The translations under genes and the position numbers were made by a program. Below are positions 56,396 to 64,000 of a stretch of DNA of 64,000 nt, piece by piece. Numbering within the stretch: the first letter of the stretch is position 1; every line of letters starts with the position of its first letter. Source of the DNA: Candidatus Kapaibacterium sp. Lineage in GTDB: Bacteria; Bacteroidota; Ignavibacteria; Kapaibacteriales; UBA7675. The DNA lies in contig JANQRB010000176.1 of the NCBI GenBank assembly GCA_028284775.1, positions 2,922-66,921 of the forward strand. Reading direction: 5' to 3'. Below the pieces are notes generated by a model that saw only the letters and a program-made list of their open reading frames with translations, was not told where the DNA came from and did no database searches.

Positions 56396-56583
56396 GTCGT
56401 AAGCTCCAGGTCCTCAGATTTCAAACTCGATGCCGCGTATTCGCACAAGGCTCAAAATACGCATTTTACTGCAAAGCGGGTCCGGCCGGACAAGTGCGGG
56501 CGCGGCAAGTATGCAATTCAGACAGAAAAAAATCGTAAATTGCGTGTTCTTCGTAGGGCCTTGTTTCGTAAGCGAAGCAGCTG

Positions 56584-57318
56584 GTGCAATGTATCATTCA
56601 GCAAAAAAGTGCTGCGAGTATGGGAAAAGCCAAATTCGTTTCGAATAAAGATGAGACAGTCCGCCTGTTCGAAAATCCGGTGTTGGAATATTTCTCGCAC
56701 ATCCATCCGGCGACGCCGGTCGTTGCCTACGTTCCCGTAATGATCTGGATGCTGGTACTGGCATTCCAGGCCGTATCGGTCCTGAACGTTGTCTGGAGTT
56801 TTGCTCTCGGACTGCTGCTTTGGACGCTGACCGAGTACAGCATTCATCGTTGGGCCTTCCATTATCCTCCGCGCTCCGCCTGGGGTAAACGGATTCATTT
56901 TCTTGTCCACGGCATTCATCATGATTATCCGCGGGACAGCACGCGCCTTGTCATGCCGCTCATGGTAAGCGTTCCGCTGGCTCTTCTTTTCTATTATGCC
57001 TTTGCGGCGGTATTCGGTGATCTGGTCTACTCCGTGTTTGCGGGCTTCATCATCGGTTACGTCGCCTACGACAGTATTCATTACGCCACTCATCACATGC
57101 CGATGCGCGGCAAGATCGGCCGCTTTCTGAAAGAGTATCACATGAAGCATCATTTTGTGGAAGACACGTCCGCTTATGGCGTAAGCAATCCATTGTGGGA
57201 TTTCGTGTTCAAAACCACACCGGAGTATTGGAAAAAGAGCAACGGCAAACATTCACAATCTTCTACACATTCTTCTCACGAGCCCGTCAAAACCGACTCG
57301 GGCGGCGAGCAATCCTAA
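56584..57318 (+). CDS. Fatty acid hydroxylase superfamily membrane protein (FA2H/CrtZ-like)
   Basis: The histidine boxes are HRWAFH, HGIHHDYP, HYATHH and HMKHH. The protein has 4 TM helices. The true start is probably the Met at MGKAKF (~56620). Confidence 0.7.
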   Translation: MQCIIQQKSAASMGKAKFVSNKDETVRLFENPVLEYFSHIHPATPVVAYVPVMIWMLVLAFQAVSVLNVVWSFALGLLLWTLTEYSIHRWAFHYPPRSAWGKRIHFLVHGIHHDYPRDSTRLVMPLMVSVPLALLFYYAFAAVFGDLVYSVFAGFIIGYVAYDSIHYATHHMPMRGKIGRFLKEYHMKHHFVEDTSAYGVSNPLWDFVFKTTPEYWKKSNGKHSQSSTHSSHEPVKTDSGGEQS

Positions 57319-57332
57319 AGCGAGGTAGGGCA

Positions 57333-57857
57333 ATGGGAATCAGTACGACAACCATTCGTGAAATTTTGGCGCCCATCTGCGGCAATACGACCCTGTACGA
57401 GCACCGCGGTGACCGAACTTTCGGCATCGATCGCGATGACATCGTCGACGCCGCCAGAGAGCTGCGCGACAACCCGGACACGCAGTTTACGATGCTGCGC
57501 GACGTTACCGCAGTCGATTGGTATGACCGCCGCAGTCCGCGTTTTGACGTCATTTACATCCTCTATTCGCTGGCATTCAAGGATCGGATTCGCCTGCGCG
57601 TTTCGATTGAAGAAAAAGATCTCATCTGCCCCAGTGTCGTTGAAGTGTGGGAAGCGGCGAACTGGTACGAACGCGAGACCTTCGATATGTATGGTATTGT
57701 CTTCGAGGGCCACCCCGATCTGCGCCGTTTTTATATGCCGGAGGATTTCGTCGATCCCGAAACAGGCGAAGCGCTGTATCCGATGCGCAAAGATTTTCCC
57801 GTCATGGGAGTACCGGGCTCCCTCCCCTTGCCTAGTATGGATCCGAACGACAACTGA
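57333..57857 (+). CDS. nuoC: NADH-quinone oxidoreductase subunit C (complex I 30-kDa subunit) homologue, stand-alone
   Basis: The NuoC signatures present are TMLRDVTAVDWYDRRSPRFDVIYILYS, RLRVSIEEKD...PSVVEVWEAANWYERETFDMYGIVFEGHPDLRRFYMPEDF. The start is ATG 57333, preceded by GAGGTAGG. No other nuo genes are adjacent. Confidence 0.75.
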   Translation: MGISTTTIREILAPICGNTTLYEHRGDRTFGIDRDDIVDAARELRDNPDTQFTMLRDVTAVDWYDRRSPRFDVIYILYSLAFKDRIRLRVSIEEKDLICPSVVEVWEAANWYERETFDMYGIVFEGHPDLRRFYMPEDFVDPETGEALYPMRKDFPVMGVPGSLPLPSMDPNDN

Positions 57858-57932
57858 CGGCAGCCAGCGCCTGTCGATCCGCAATTGGCCGCAGCAGATG
57901 TACCTGCCGGCATCTTCGACACTTCCGGGTAG

Positions 57933-59003
57933 TTGCAGCATTTGGCTCCCTCGATTCTGATACTTCGACTTTCGTCGATGGGCGACGTCTTGCTGACGAC
58001 GCCGTTCATCCGCCAGCTGCGTCACAGTATGCCTTCGGCGCGTATCGACATTATCACCGGTGCGAAGTTTGAGGAGATTCTGCGGCACAACCCGCAGCTC
58101 GACAATGTCCATTCTTATAGACGCGACGCTACACCTGCAGACATTGCTCAATTCCGCTCCGAAATTCTGACCTCCCTTAACAGCGGCAAGTTCGACCTCG
58201 TTATCGATCTGCAGCGCAACCGCCGCTCCGCCCGACTGCGCAGGGCTATGGGCGTATCCCTGGTTAAACTTAACAAATACCGCCTGCCGAAGCTGGCGCT
58301 CGTCTACGCCAAAGCGAAGGCGCTTGGAAACCTCCCCCATGTTGCCGATCGCTATCGCCAGACAGCGACGCAACCTGAGGTCGAGGATGATGGCGATGGA
58401 CTGGAGCTTTGGCTGCCGGAGGAAAGACATCTGACCGAATATCCGCCCCGCAGCCGCATCGTTCCGCCACAGCCAGCGCTCCGGATTGCCCTGGCGCCCG
58501 GCGCGGGTCATGCCACCAAGCGCTGGCTCCCGGAGGGCTTTGCCGCAGCGGCGGCGGAAGTCGCTAAAAAGTACAATGCGACCATCGTGCTGCTTGGCGG
58601 ACCGGAAGAACGCGATCTCTGCGAAGGGATACGGCAGCAGATCGGCGAAGGCACCACGACGATTAACGCGGCGGGCGCCGATTCCGTCTATCAGACGGCA
58701 CGCGAGCTCGACCGCTGTTCCCTCCTATTGACCAACGACTCGGCGGCAGTCCATATCGCCGCGGCCCGGCGCATTCCGGTAGTGTGCATCTATGGTTCTA
58801 CGGTGCCTGCTTTCGGCTTCAGTCCCTATCGGGTGCCGCAGCGCATCGTGGAATTCCAGGAGCTTGGCTGTCGCCCCTGTACTCACATCGGCAGAGCAGC
58901 CTGCCCCAAAGGGCACTTTAGCTGTATGCGGGGAATTGAATCTTCGGACGTCACGACCGCCATTTACTCCTTACTCGACGAACAGGCGGGCGCTGCTCGA
59001 TAA
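57933..59003 (+). CDS. Glycosyltransferase family 9 (ADP-heptose:LPS heptosyltransferase-like)
   Basis: The N-terminus is ILILRLSSMGDVLLTTPFIRQLR. The C-terminal Rossmann region has LLTNDSAAVHIAAA. The 356-aa length is typical of GT9. Confidence 0.8.
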   Translation: MQHLAPSILILRLSSMGDVLLTTPFIRQLRHSMPSARIDIITGAKFEEILRHNPQLDNVHSYRRDATPADIAQFRSEILTSLNSGKFDLVIDLQRNRRSARLRRAMGVSLVKLNKYRLPKLALVYAKAKALGNLPHVADRYRQTATQPEVEDDGDGLELWLPEERHLTEYPPRSRIVPPQPALRIALAPGAGHATKRWLPEGFAAAAAEVAKKYNATIVLLGGPEERDLCEGIRQQIGEGTTTINAAGADSVYQTARELDRCSLLLTNDSAAVHIAAARRIPVVCIYGSTVPAFGFSPYRVPQRIVEFQELGCRPCTHIGRAACPKGHFSCMRGIESSDVTTAIYSLLDEQAGAAR

Positions 59004-59125
59004 AAGCTCTGTTTAACGGTAATAATCGCCGAACAACTGTCAATACTCTTCGCAAAGTATGCCGCTAATTTGCTAAATTGTCCCGCTCAGACAGAGATTA
59101 ACATTTTTGTGCGTGGAGTAAGGTT

Positions 59126-60148
59126 GTGCCGATGAGCAGAGATCGTGTTCGTGTCGCGCTGATAGGAGCCGGTAATATTGCCCAGAATTTTCATCTCCCG
59201 ATCCTGGCCAATCTCCACAATGTTGAACTCGTTGCTATCTGCGACCGCAACAAATCCAAAGCCAAAATCCTGGCGGAGAAATACGGGGTGCCGCATCATT
59301 GCCGTACCCTGGAAGAATTGTTGAAGATTGACGGAATCGATGCGGTTGATGTCTGCACCAGCACCGACGGACACTTCGACATCGCTCAGGCCTGCCTCGA
59401 AAGCGGCAAGGATATTCTGATCGAGAAACCCATCACCCGCACAGCAGCCGAAGCCAAAGCAATTGTCGAACTGGCCGAACGCCTTGATCGCAAGCTCATG
59501 GTCGGAATGAATCATCGCTTTCGACCCGATACGGTCTTCCTGAAAGATCAACTGGAGCGCGACGAGCTGGGCGATGTGTTTTACATGAAGTCGGGCTGGT
59601 TGTCGCAGCGCTCCAATCAACGCAATTGGCTTGAACAGCATGATCGCGCCGGCGGCGGCGTGCTGCTTGATCTCGGTATCGTCCTGCTGGATCTGATGCT
59701 GTGGCTCTATAACTACGAAGAAGTTCATTCGGTGCGGGCGACAATGCATCATCACCATACCAAAAAAGTTGAAGACTTTATCGTAGCCTATATCAACTTT
59801 CGCGATGACAGAGTAGCTACGCTTGAAGCGAGCTGGACACTGATGCGGCCGGAAGAGTTTTATTACTGCAATATATTCGGCGAACGCGGCAGCGCCTTTA
59901 TCAATCCCCTGAAAATTATCAAACGCGTGGGCAAGGAGTTTAGCGAACGCGATGATTTGATCTCGACGCGCGGCCGCACGGAGACCTACCGGAAGTCCTA
60001 CAAAACCGAATTACAACATTTCGTCAACGCCGTCCGCGGTCTGGTGCCCGTGGTCTCAACCGGACGAGAAGCATACCAGCGAATGCGTATTATCGAAGCC
60101 TTGTACTTCTCGGCAAAAGAACGCTCGGAAGTGACCTTGATAGCATGA
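59126..60148 (+). CDS. Gfo/Idh/MocA-family NAD(P)-dependent oxidoreductase
   Basis: The N-terminal Rossmann motif is VRVALIGAGNIAQNFHLPIL. The EKP motif is ILIEKPIT. The C-terminus has the alpha/beta domain. Confidence 0.85.
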   Translation: MPMSRDRVRVALIGAGNIAQNFHLPILANLHNVELVAICDRNKSKAKILAEKYGVPHHCRTLEELLKIDGIDAVDVCTSTDGHFDIAQACLESGKDILIEKPITRTAAEAKAIVELAERLDRKLMVGMNHRFRPDTVFLKDQLERDELGDVFYMKSGWLSQRSNQRNWLEQHDRAGGGVLLDLGIVLLDLMLWLYNYEEVHSVRATMHHHHTKKVEDFIVAYINFRDDRVATLEASWTLMRPEEFYYCNIFGERGSAFINPLKIIKRVGKEFSERDDLISTRGRTETYRKSYKTELQHFVNAVRGLVPVVSTGREAYQRMRIIEALYFSAKERSEVTLIA

Positions 60149-60379
60149 GATCCCGAAGGAATCGCAGACATTTTCCACACCGGCGAGACATCGAGCCTAG
60201 GAAGCCGGGCACCCCGAAATATGCAGCGCTTTTTTGAGTTTCCGCCACGCACTATTAGCGCCTGAATACCGTCTACTGCGTTTTTTACGCGGCACCACGA
60301 AAAAATCGACAAGCTGAAAGTCAGGAATTAAACAATACATTTTTAGTATTCAGACATTTTCTTTGATTCGCGAGGTACC

Positions 60380-61333
60380 ATGAAAACGATTGGATTGCTC
60401 TTCGGAATGGAACAATCTTTTCCTCCTGCGCTGGTTGAACGCATCAACAGTATGGACGTGCCGGGCATTTCGGCTGAGTTCGTCAAAATAGGCGCCGCCA
60501 AAATGGCCGATCTAAGCCGCTACGATGTCATTCTCGACCGAATTTCGCATGACATTCCCTTTTATCGGTCGATGCTGAAAAACGCAATGCTCACCGGCAC
60601 GCGCGTGGTGAATAACCCCTTCTGGTGGAGCGCCGACGACAAATTCTTCAACTACGCGCTGGCCTCGCTGATCGATGTGCCGGTGCCCCGCACTGTGTTG
60701 CTGCCGTCAAAAGAACATCCGGAAGGGACGTCGAGCGAATCCTTTCGCAACCTGCAGTATCCGCTGGATTGGGATGCCATATTCGAATACGTAGGCTTTC
60801 CGGCCTTTCTTAAGCCTCACGATGGCGGCGGCTGGAAACAGGTGTATAAAGTAAATGATCCGCAGGAGTTTTTCGCTGCCTATAACGACTCCGGCGACAG
60901 CACGATGGTCTTGCAGGCAAATGTGGATTTCACGGAGTATTATCGCTGTTATGTGATCGGCCGCAAGCACGTGCATATAATGCCTTACGACCCCCGCAAT
61001 CCCCACCATCTGCGTTACGTCGCGGATTTCAGCCTCAGCCCGGCGCGTAAAAAACAAATCGAGGCGCTCTGTGAAAAGATATGTTCAGCCCTGGGTTACG
61101 ACTTCAATACGGTGGAATTCGCTGTCGAAAATGATATCCCCTACGCGATCGATTATATGAATCCCGCGCCCGACGCCGAGTTGAGTTCCGTGCAGGAGGA
61201 AAATTTCGAATGGGTCGTACAGACTACAGCCAATTTCCTGATCGAACAGGCCAGGCTGGGCCGCGCGGAGCCGAAGGAGTTTACATGGAGTCAGTTTATC
61301 GGTAAAGGTCGGCGCGGCGCACGTAAGAAATAG
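60380..61333 (+). CDS. ATP-grasp-fold protein of unknown substrate
   Basis: The length and organisation (...FPAFLKPHDGGGWKQVYKV..., ...YYRCYVIG..., ...TVEFAV...) suggest an ATP-grasp ligase. Motifs are partly degenerate. Confidence 0.5.
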   Translation: MKTIGLLFGMEQSFPPALVERINSMDVPGISAEFVKIGAAKMADLSRYDVILDRISHDIPFYRSMLKNAMLTGTRVVNNPFWWSADDKFFNYALASLIDVPVPRTVLLPSKEHPEGTSSESFRNLQYPLDWDAIFEYVGFPAFLKPHDGGGWKQVYKVNDPQEFFAAYNDSGDSTMVLQANVDFTEYYRCYVIGRKHVHIMPYDPRNPHHLRYVADFSLSPARKKQIEALCEKICSALGYDFNTVEFAVENDIPYAIDYMNPAPDAELSSVQEENFEWVVQTTANFLIEQARLGRAEPKEFTWSQFIGKGRRGARKK

Positions 61334-61909
61334 TTACTCGGCAGACGAGGGATCCAGCATACGCTGCACGACGGCATGCGCCTCGGCAAGAGCCTGCTCA
61401 AGTCGGTCGTTGGTAATGACGTGGTGAAATTTCTTCTGCTGCGCCAGTTCCGAATGCGCCCGGCTCAGCCGGGTGCTGCGTTGATGAGCGCTTTCGGTAT
61501 TGCGTCCATCGAGACGGCGTTCCAGCTCCGATATGCTGGGCGGCGTGATGAATACCAGGACGCTCTGCTCCGGGTACAAAGTATTCAGATTGAGCGCACC
61601 GCGCACATCGACATCAAAGATCAGGTACTCGCCGGCCTGCAGGGCCTTGTTGATTTCCGATTTGAGCGTTCCATAATAGTTGCCGAAAATCTCCTCGTAT
61701 TCGACCAGGTCGCCCTGGCGAATGCGTCGTTCGAATTCAGCATTGCTCAGGAAAAAATAGTGCTTGCCGTGTACTTCGCCTGTCCGCCTCGGTCTGGTGG
61801 TGGCCGAAACGGAAAATCGCAACTGAGGAAATTGCCGGAGCAAATGTTGTGCAATTGTCGTCTTCCCCGCTCCGCTCGGAGCAGAGATAATAAGTAACTG
61901 TTTCTTCAC
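61334..61909 (-). CDS. gmk: Guanylate kinase
   Basis: The P-loop is ISAPSGAGKTT. The GMP-binding block is SVSATTRPRRTGEVHGKHYFF. The protein is 191 aa. Confidence 0.9.
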   Translation of the reverse strand: MKKQLLIISAPSGAGKTTIAQHLLRQFPQLRFSVSATTRPRRTGEVHGKHYFFLSNAEFERRIRQGDLVEYEEIFGNYYGTLKSEINKALQAGEYLIFDVDVRGALNLNTLYPEQSVLVFITPPSISELERRLDGRNTESAHQRSTRLSRAHSELAQQKKFHHVITNDRLEQALAEAHAVVQRMLDPSSAE

Positions 61910-61975
61910 GCGCTCACTCAGCGGAATTCAGCGTTGGCGCCCAGTGTCGGCGCCGGATCAATGATTGCCCGATCA

Positions 61976-62854
61976 TTATTCAATGTTCTGCACTTGCTCG
62001 CGTATCTTTTCCAGATCTTCCTTGACTGCGACAACGAGATGTGAAATCTCGGCGTCGTTGGCTTTGGCGCCCATGGTATTGATTTCACGATTCATTTCCT
62101 GCAGCAGGAAATTGATCTTGCGACCGGCCTGATCTTTACTCTTCAGCGCTTCATTAAAAAATTTGATGTGGCTGCGGATCCGCACACATTCTTCCGAAAT
62201 GTCGAGTTTGTCGGCCAGAATAACGATCTCCATTTCCAGGCGCTGCTCGTCGATTTCATCGCTTTCAAAGAGCTTCCCGATCCGTTCGCGCAACCGCTGC
62301 CGTTCCTGCGGGACCCGGTCGATCGTCATCTTTTCAATCTTGCCTACGTTAATTTCAATGGACTTTATCCGCTTCAACAGATCGCGGCTAAGTTCCCGGC
62401 CCTCCTTTTTGCGCATCGTGTTCAGCGCTTCCAGGGCTGAATCAATGGCATTGGCAATGATTGTCCATTCTTCATCGGAGGCTTCGCCATTGGTCTCCGC
62501 CGGCTTGAACAACTCCGGGTATTGTAAAAGATGTTCAAACTTTACCGTCTCCTTGATTTTGAGCTGCTTGCGCACTTCCTGCAGCGAGTCGTGGTATTGA
62601 CGCGCAATTTCAAGGTTGACAAGACCACCGGAAACTTCATTGGTGTTTTCGATCGTTAACGCGACGCTGATCTTACCGCGAGCAACTTTCGACTTGATCA
62701 TATCGCGCATATCATTTTCGCGATAATTCAGACGCTTGGGTATGCCGGTGGAGATCTCCAAAAAGCGACTATTGACGCTGCGTACCTCCGCGACAACGGA
62801 AATATTAGCTTGCGATGCTTCGCCGCGGCCAAAGCCTGTCATACTGGTTACCAT
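61976..62854 (-). CDS. yicC: YicC-family protein (YicC N-terminal domain + DUF1732)
   Basis: The N-terminus is MVTSMTGFGRGE. The C-terminal conserved block is NFLLQEMNREINTMGAKAND. The protein is 292 aa. It is adjacent to gmk, as is common. Confidence 0.85.
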   Translation of the reverse strand: MVTSMTGFGRGEASQANISVVAEVRSVNSRFLEISTGIPKRLNYRENDMRDMIKSKVARGKISVALTIENTNEVSGGLVNLEIARQYHDSLQEVRKQLKIKETVKFEHLLQYPELFKPAETNGEASDEEWTIIANAIDSALEALNTMRKKEGRELSRDLLKRIKSIEINVGKIEKMTIDRVPQERQRLRERIGKLFESDEIDEQRLEMEIVILADKLDISEECVRIRSHIKFFNEALKSKDQAGRKINFLLQEMNREINTMGAKANDAEISHLVVAVKEDLEKIREQVQNIE

Positions 62855-63091
62855 TTGCCCTCTTGCGATTTTTGCTCGAAACGGTTTTGCACACTTATGC
62901 GAACTTTCAGCGCCATTGCGCCGAAAAAGCTGTCCTGACGTTCGCCGCTCCTCGGAAAGAATCGGCCGCGCCGATTTGGCAAACCGTTAAAATACGAATC
63001 TTCTCGATTAGAATATTTGCATCCGGTGAATTTTATTTGCTACCTGCAATTATTTTTGAGTTCTTCGGATCACATTAGCCGGTCTGGCGCA

Positions 63092-63589
63092 ATGAAACGC
63101 TATATTTTAGACGCCCATAACATACTGTACGCCAATGCCGAGTGGAGTGAAATGCTCGCGCAGTCTCTCGTCGATGCGCGCGAAGCCCTGGTCGAGGCAG
63201 TCCGCGATGTTGCGGCCAGGCTTCCCGAAGACCGGTTCACCATAGTTTTCGACGGCAGCGATGTCGGCTCGCGTACCTTCGGAGCGGCAATTACGGTACG
63301 AGGAACACGCAGCGGGCAAAAGGCCGACGACGTCATCAAAAATCTCATTCGCAATGACCCTAAGCCGCGTAGCTGCTACGTCGTATCATCAGACGCCGAA
63401 GTAGCCGGATTCGCCCGCCGCTTCGAGTGCAAGAGCCTCAGCGCCAAGGAGTTTGTAGCTTTCCTTCATCGCAAATCAGGCAAAAGGAAACCGACACAGC
63501 CAACGCGGACAGCCGCCGAACGATCGGAAAAGCCAACCGATGTGTCACCCGAGGAAATCGCCACAATGAAACGCCTTTTCGGCCTCTGA
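63092..63589 (+). CDS. NYN-domain (YacP/Rae1-like) putative ribonuclease
   Basis: The N-terminus is MKRYILDAHNILYA (DGYN-like). Later acidic residues (VFDGSD, VVSSDAE) are spaced as in YacP-like NYN nucleases. The start is ATG 63092, in frame within the tracked ORF. Confidence 0.5.
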   Translation: MKRYILDAHNILYANAEWSEMLAQSLVDAREALVEAVRDVAARLPEDRFTIVFDGSDVGSRTFGAAITVRGTRSGQKADDVIKNLIRNDPKPRSCYVVSSDAEVAGFARRFECKSLSAKEFVAFLHRKSGKRKPTQPTRTAAERSEKPTDVSPEEIATMKRLFGL

Positions 63590-63591
63590 TG

Positions 63592-64000
63592 CTAGTCATC
63601 AGCCTGAGGCAGGTCGCGCGGCGACATAGTCTGAACGCGGGGAGCTTCCCCTTCCGGCTCTCCAGACTCCTCTTGGTCGGCAAGATCTTCGCTGTGCGCT
63701 TTTGACGCTTCCGTCTGCTTCGCCGCGCTTTCGTCAGCGCTCTTTTCGGCTTCCGAGGTATCAGCTGGCGGAGGAAGAACTTGTTCCGGCCCGCTTTGCA
63801 GGCTTGCCTCTCCATCAGGATCTTCAAGCGGGCCCGGCTCGGGCTGCGGCTCCGCTTCATCCCTGGTTAGCGGATCGGAGGACGTTGCATCGTCCTGCGG
63901 CTCGGGTACAGTCTGGTCCGGCTTGGCAGCAGCAACATCCTGCGGCGATGCAAGGGCAGATTGATCGCTCTCGTTCGATTCATCGGCGGGGGGCGCGTCG
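63592..64000 (-). CDS. 3' end of a minus-strand gene entering from beyond the window: acidic, Pro/Glu/Asp/Ala-rich low-complexity C-terminal tail
   Basis: The reverse-strand frame is open for all 136 codons from the window edge to a TAG at 63592-63594. Its translation is ...PQDDATSSDPLTRDEAEPQPEPGPLEDPDGEASLQSGPEQVLPPPADTSEAEKSADESAAKQTEASKAHSEDLADQEESGEPEGEAPRVQTMSPRDLPQADD*. An open frame of this length can occur by chance in GC-rich DNA. Confidence 0.35.
   Translation of the reverse strand, partial: DAPPADESNESDQSALASPQDVAAAKPDQTVPEPQDDATSSDPLTRDEAEPQPEPGPLEDPDGEASLQSGPEQVLPPPADTSEAEKSADESAAKQTEASKAHSEDLADQEESGEPEGEAPRVQTMSPRDLPQADD

Noticed and set aside
57315-58511. 398-aa minus-strand ORF
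   Set aside because: It is antisense to two well-supported genes (nuoC and the GT9 heptosyltransferase). It has no recognisable domain. It is a shadow ORF.
63438-63860. 140-aa highly basic minus-strand ORF
   Set aside because: It overlaps the 3' end of the NYN-domain gene. It is extremely Arg/Lys-rich, as expected for an off-frame reading of GC-rich DNA. The alternative minus-strand frame, open to the window edge, is preferred, though itself low confidence.
1-64000. CRISPR arrays, rRNA/tRNA genes, IS elements/transposases/integrases
   Set aside because: Reading both strands, I found no direct-repeat/spacer periodicity, no rRNA-like conserved blocks, no tRNA cloverleaf and no DDE or tyrosine-recombinase motifs. 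Their absence is stated with moderate confidence only, as no search tool was run.

Overview
This 64-kb window is one contiguous stretch of high-GC chromosomal DNA (high-50s % GC by eye, not computed). The gene content points to a Gram-negative bacterium of the FCB group (Bacteroidota/Rhodothermota-like). Supporting this are two giant secreted proteins with T9SS C-terminal sorting domains, a Bat-like MoxR/DUF58 cluster, an NrtR-NadV NAD salvage pair, a nonulosonic-acid 9-phosphate synthase with a KdsC-like phosphatase, a GT9 heptosyltransferase and an OmpA-family protein. I count about 48 credible protein-coding genes, densely packed, with several ATGA or 4-8 nt start/stop overlaps suggesting operons. 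I found no rRNA, tRNA, CRISPR array, transposase or integrase.

Most of the window looks like housekeeping or envelope functions. The regions worth a closer look are:
(1) a single-gene SIR2(SIR2_2-like)-TPR protein at 17.56-19.55 kb. It sits behind an AT-rich 480-bp leader, is followed by GC hairpins, and encodes an array of near-identical 102-nt repeats. It is a candidate NAD+-depleting antiphage effector, about 1.8 kb from an nrtR-nadV NAD salvage module that has a conserved palindromic operator copy at each promoter.
(2) a flotillin (YqiK-like) - NfeD/YqiJ-like - giant 1,639-aa AAA_5-type ATPase locus at 28.4-37.1 kb, whose large component has no function I can assign.
(3) a conserved cluster of unknown function, RDD / SpoIIM(DUF95) / membrane protein / DUF4129 / DUF4350 / MoxR / DUF58, at 46.9-54.4 kb.
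(4) a GMC (cholesterol-oxidase-like) oxidoreductase fused to an alpha/beta hydrolase (1,139 aa), translationally coupled to a second GMC paralogue.
(5) an orphan nuoC.

All domain calls are from reading the translated ORFs for signature motifs. No database search was possible.
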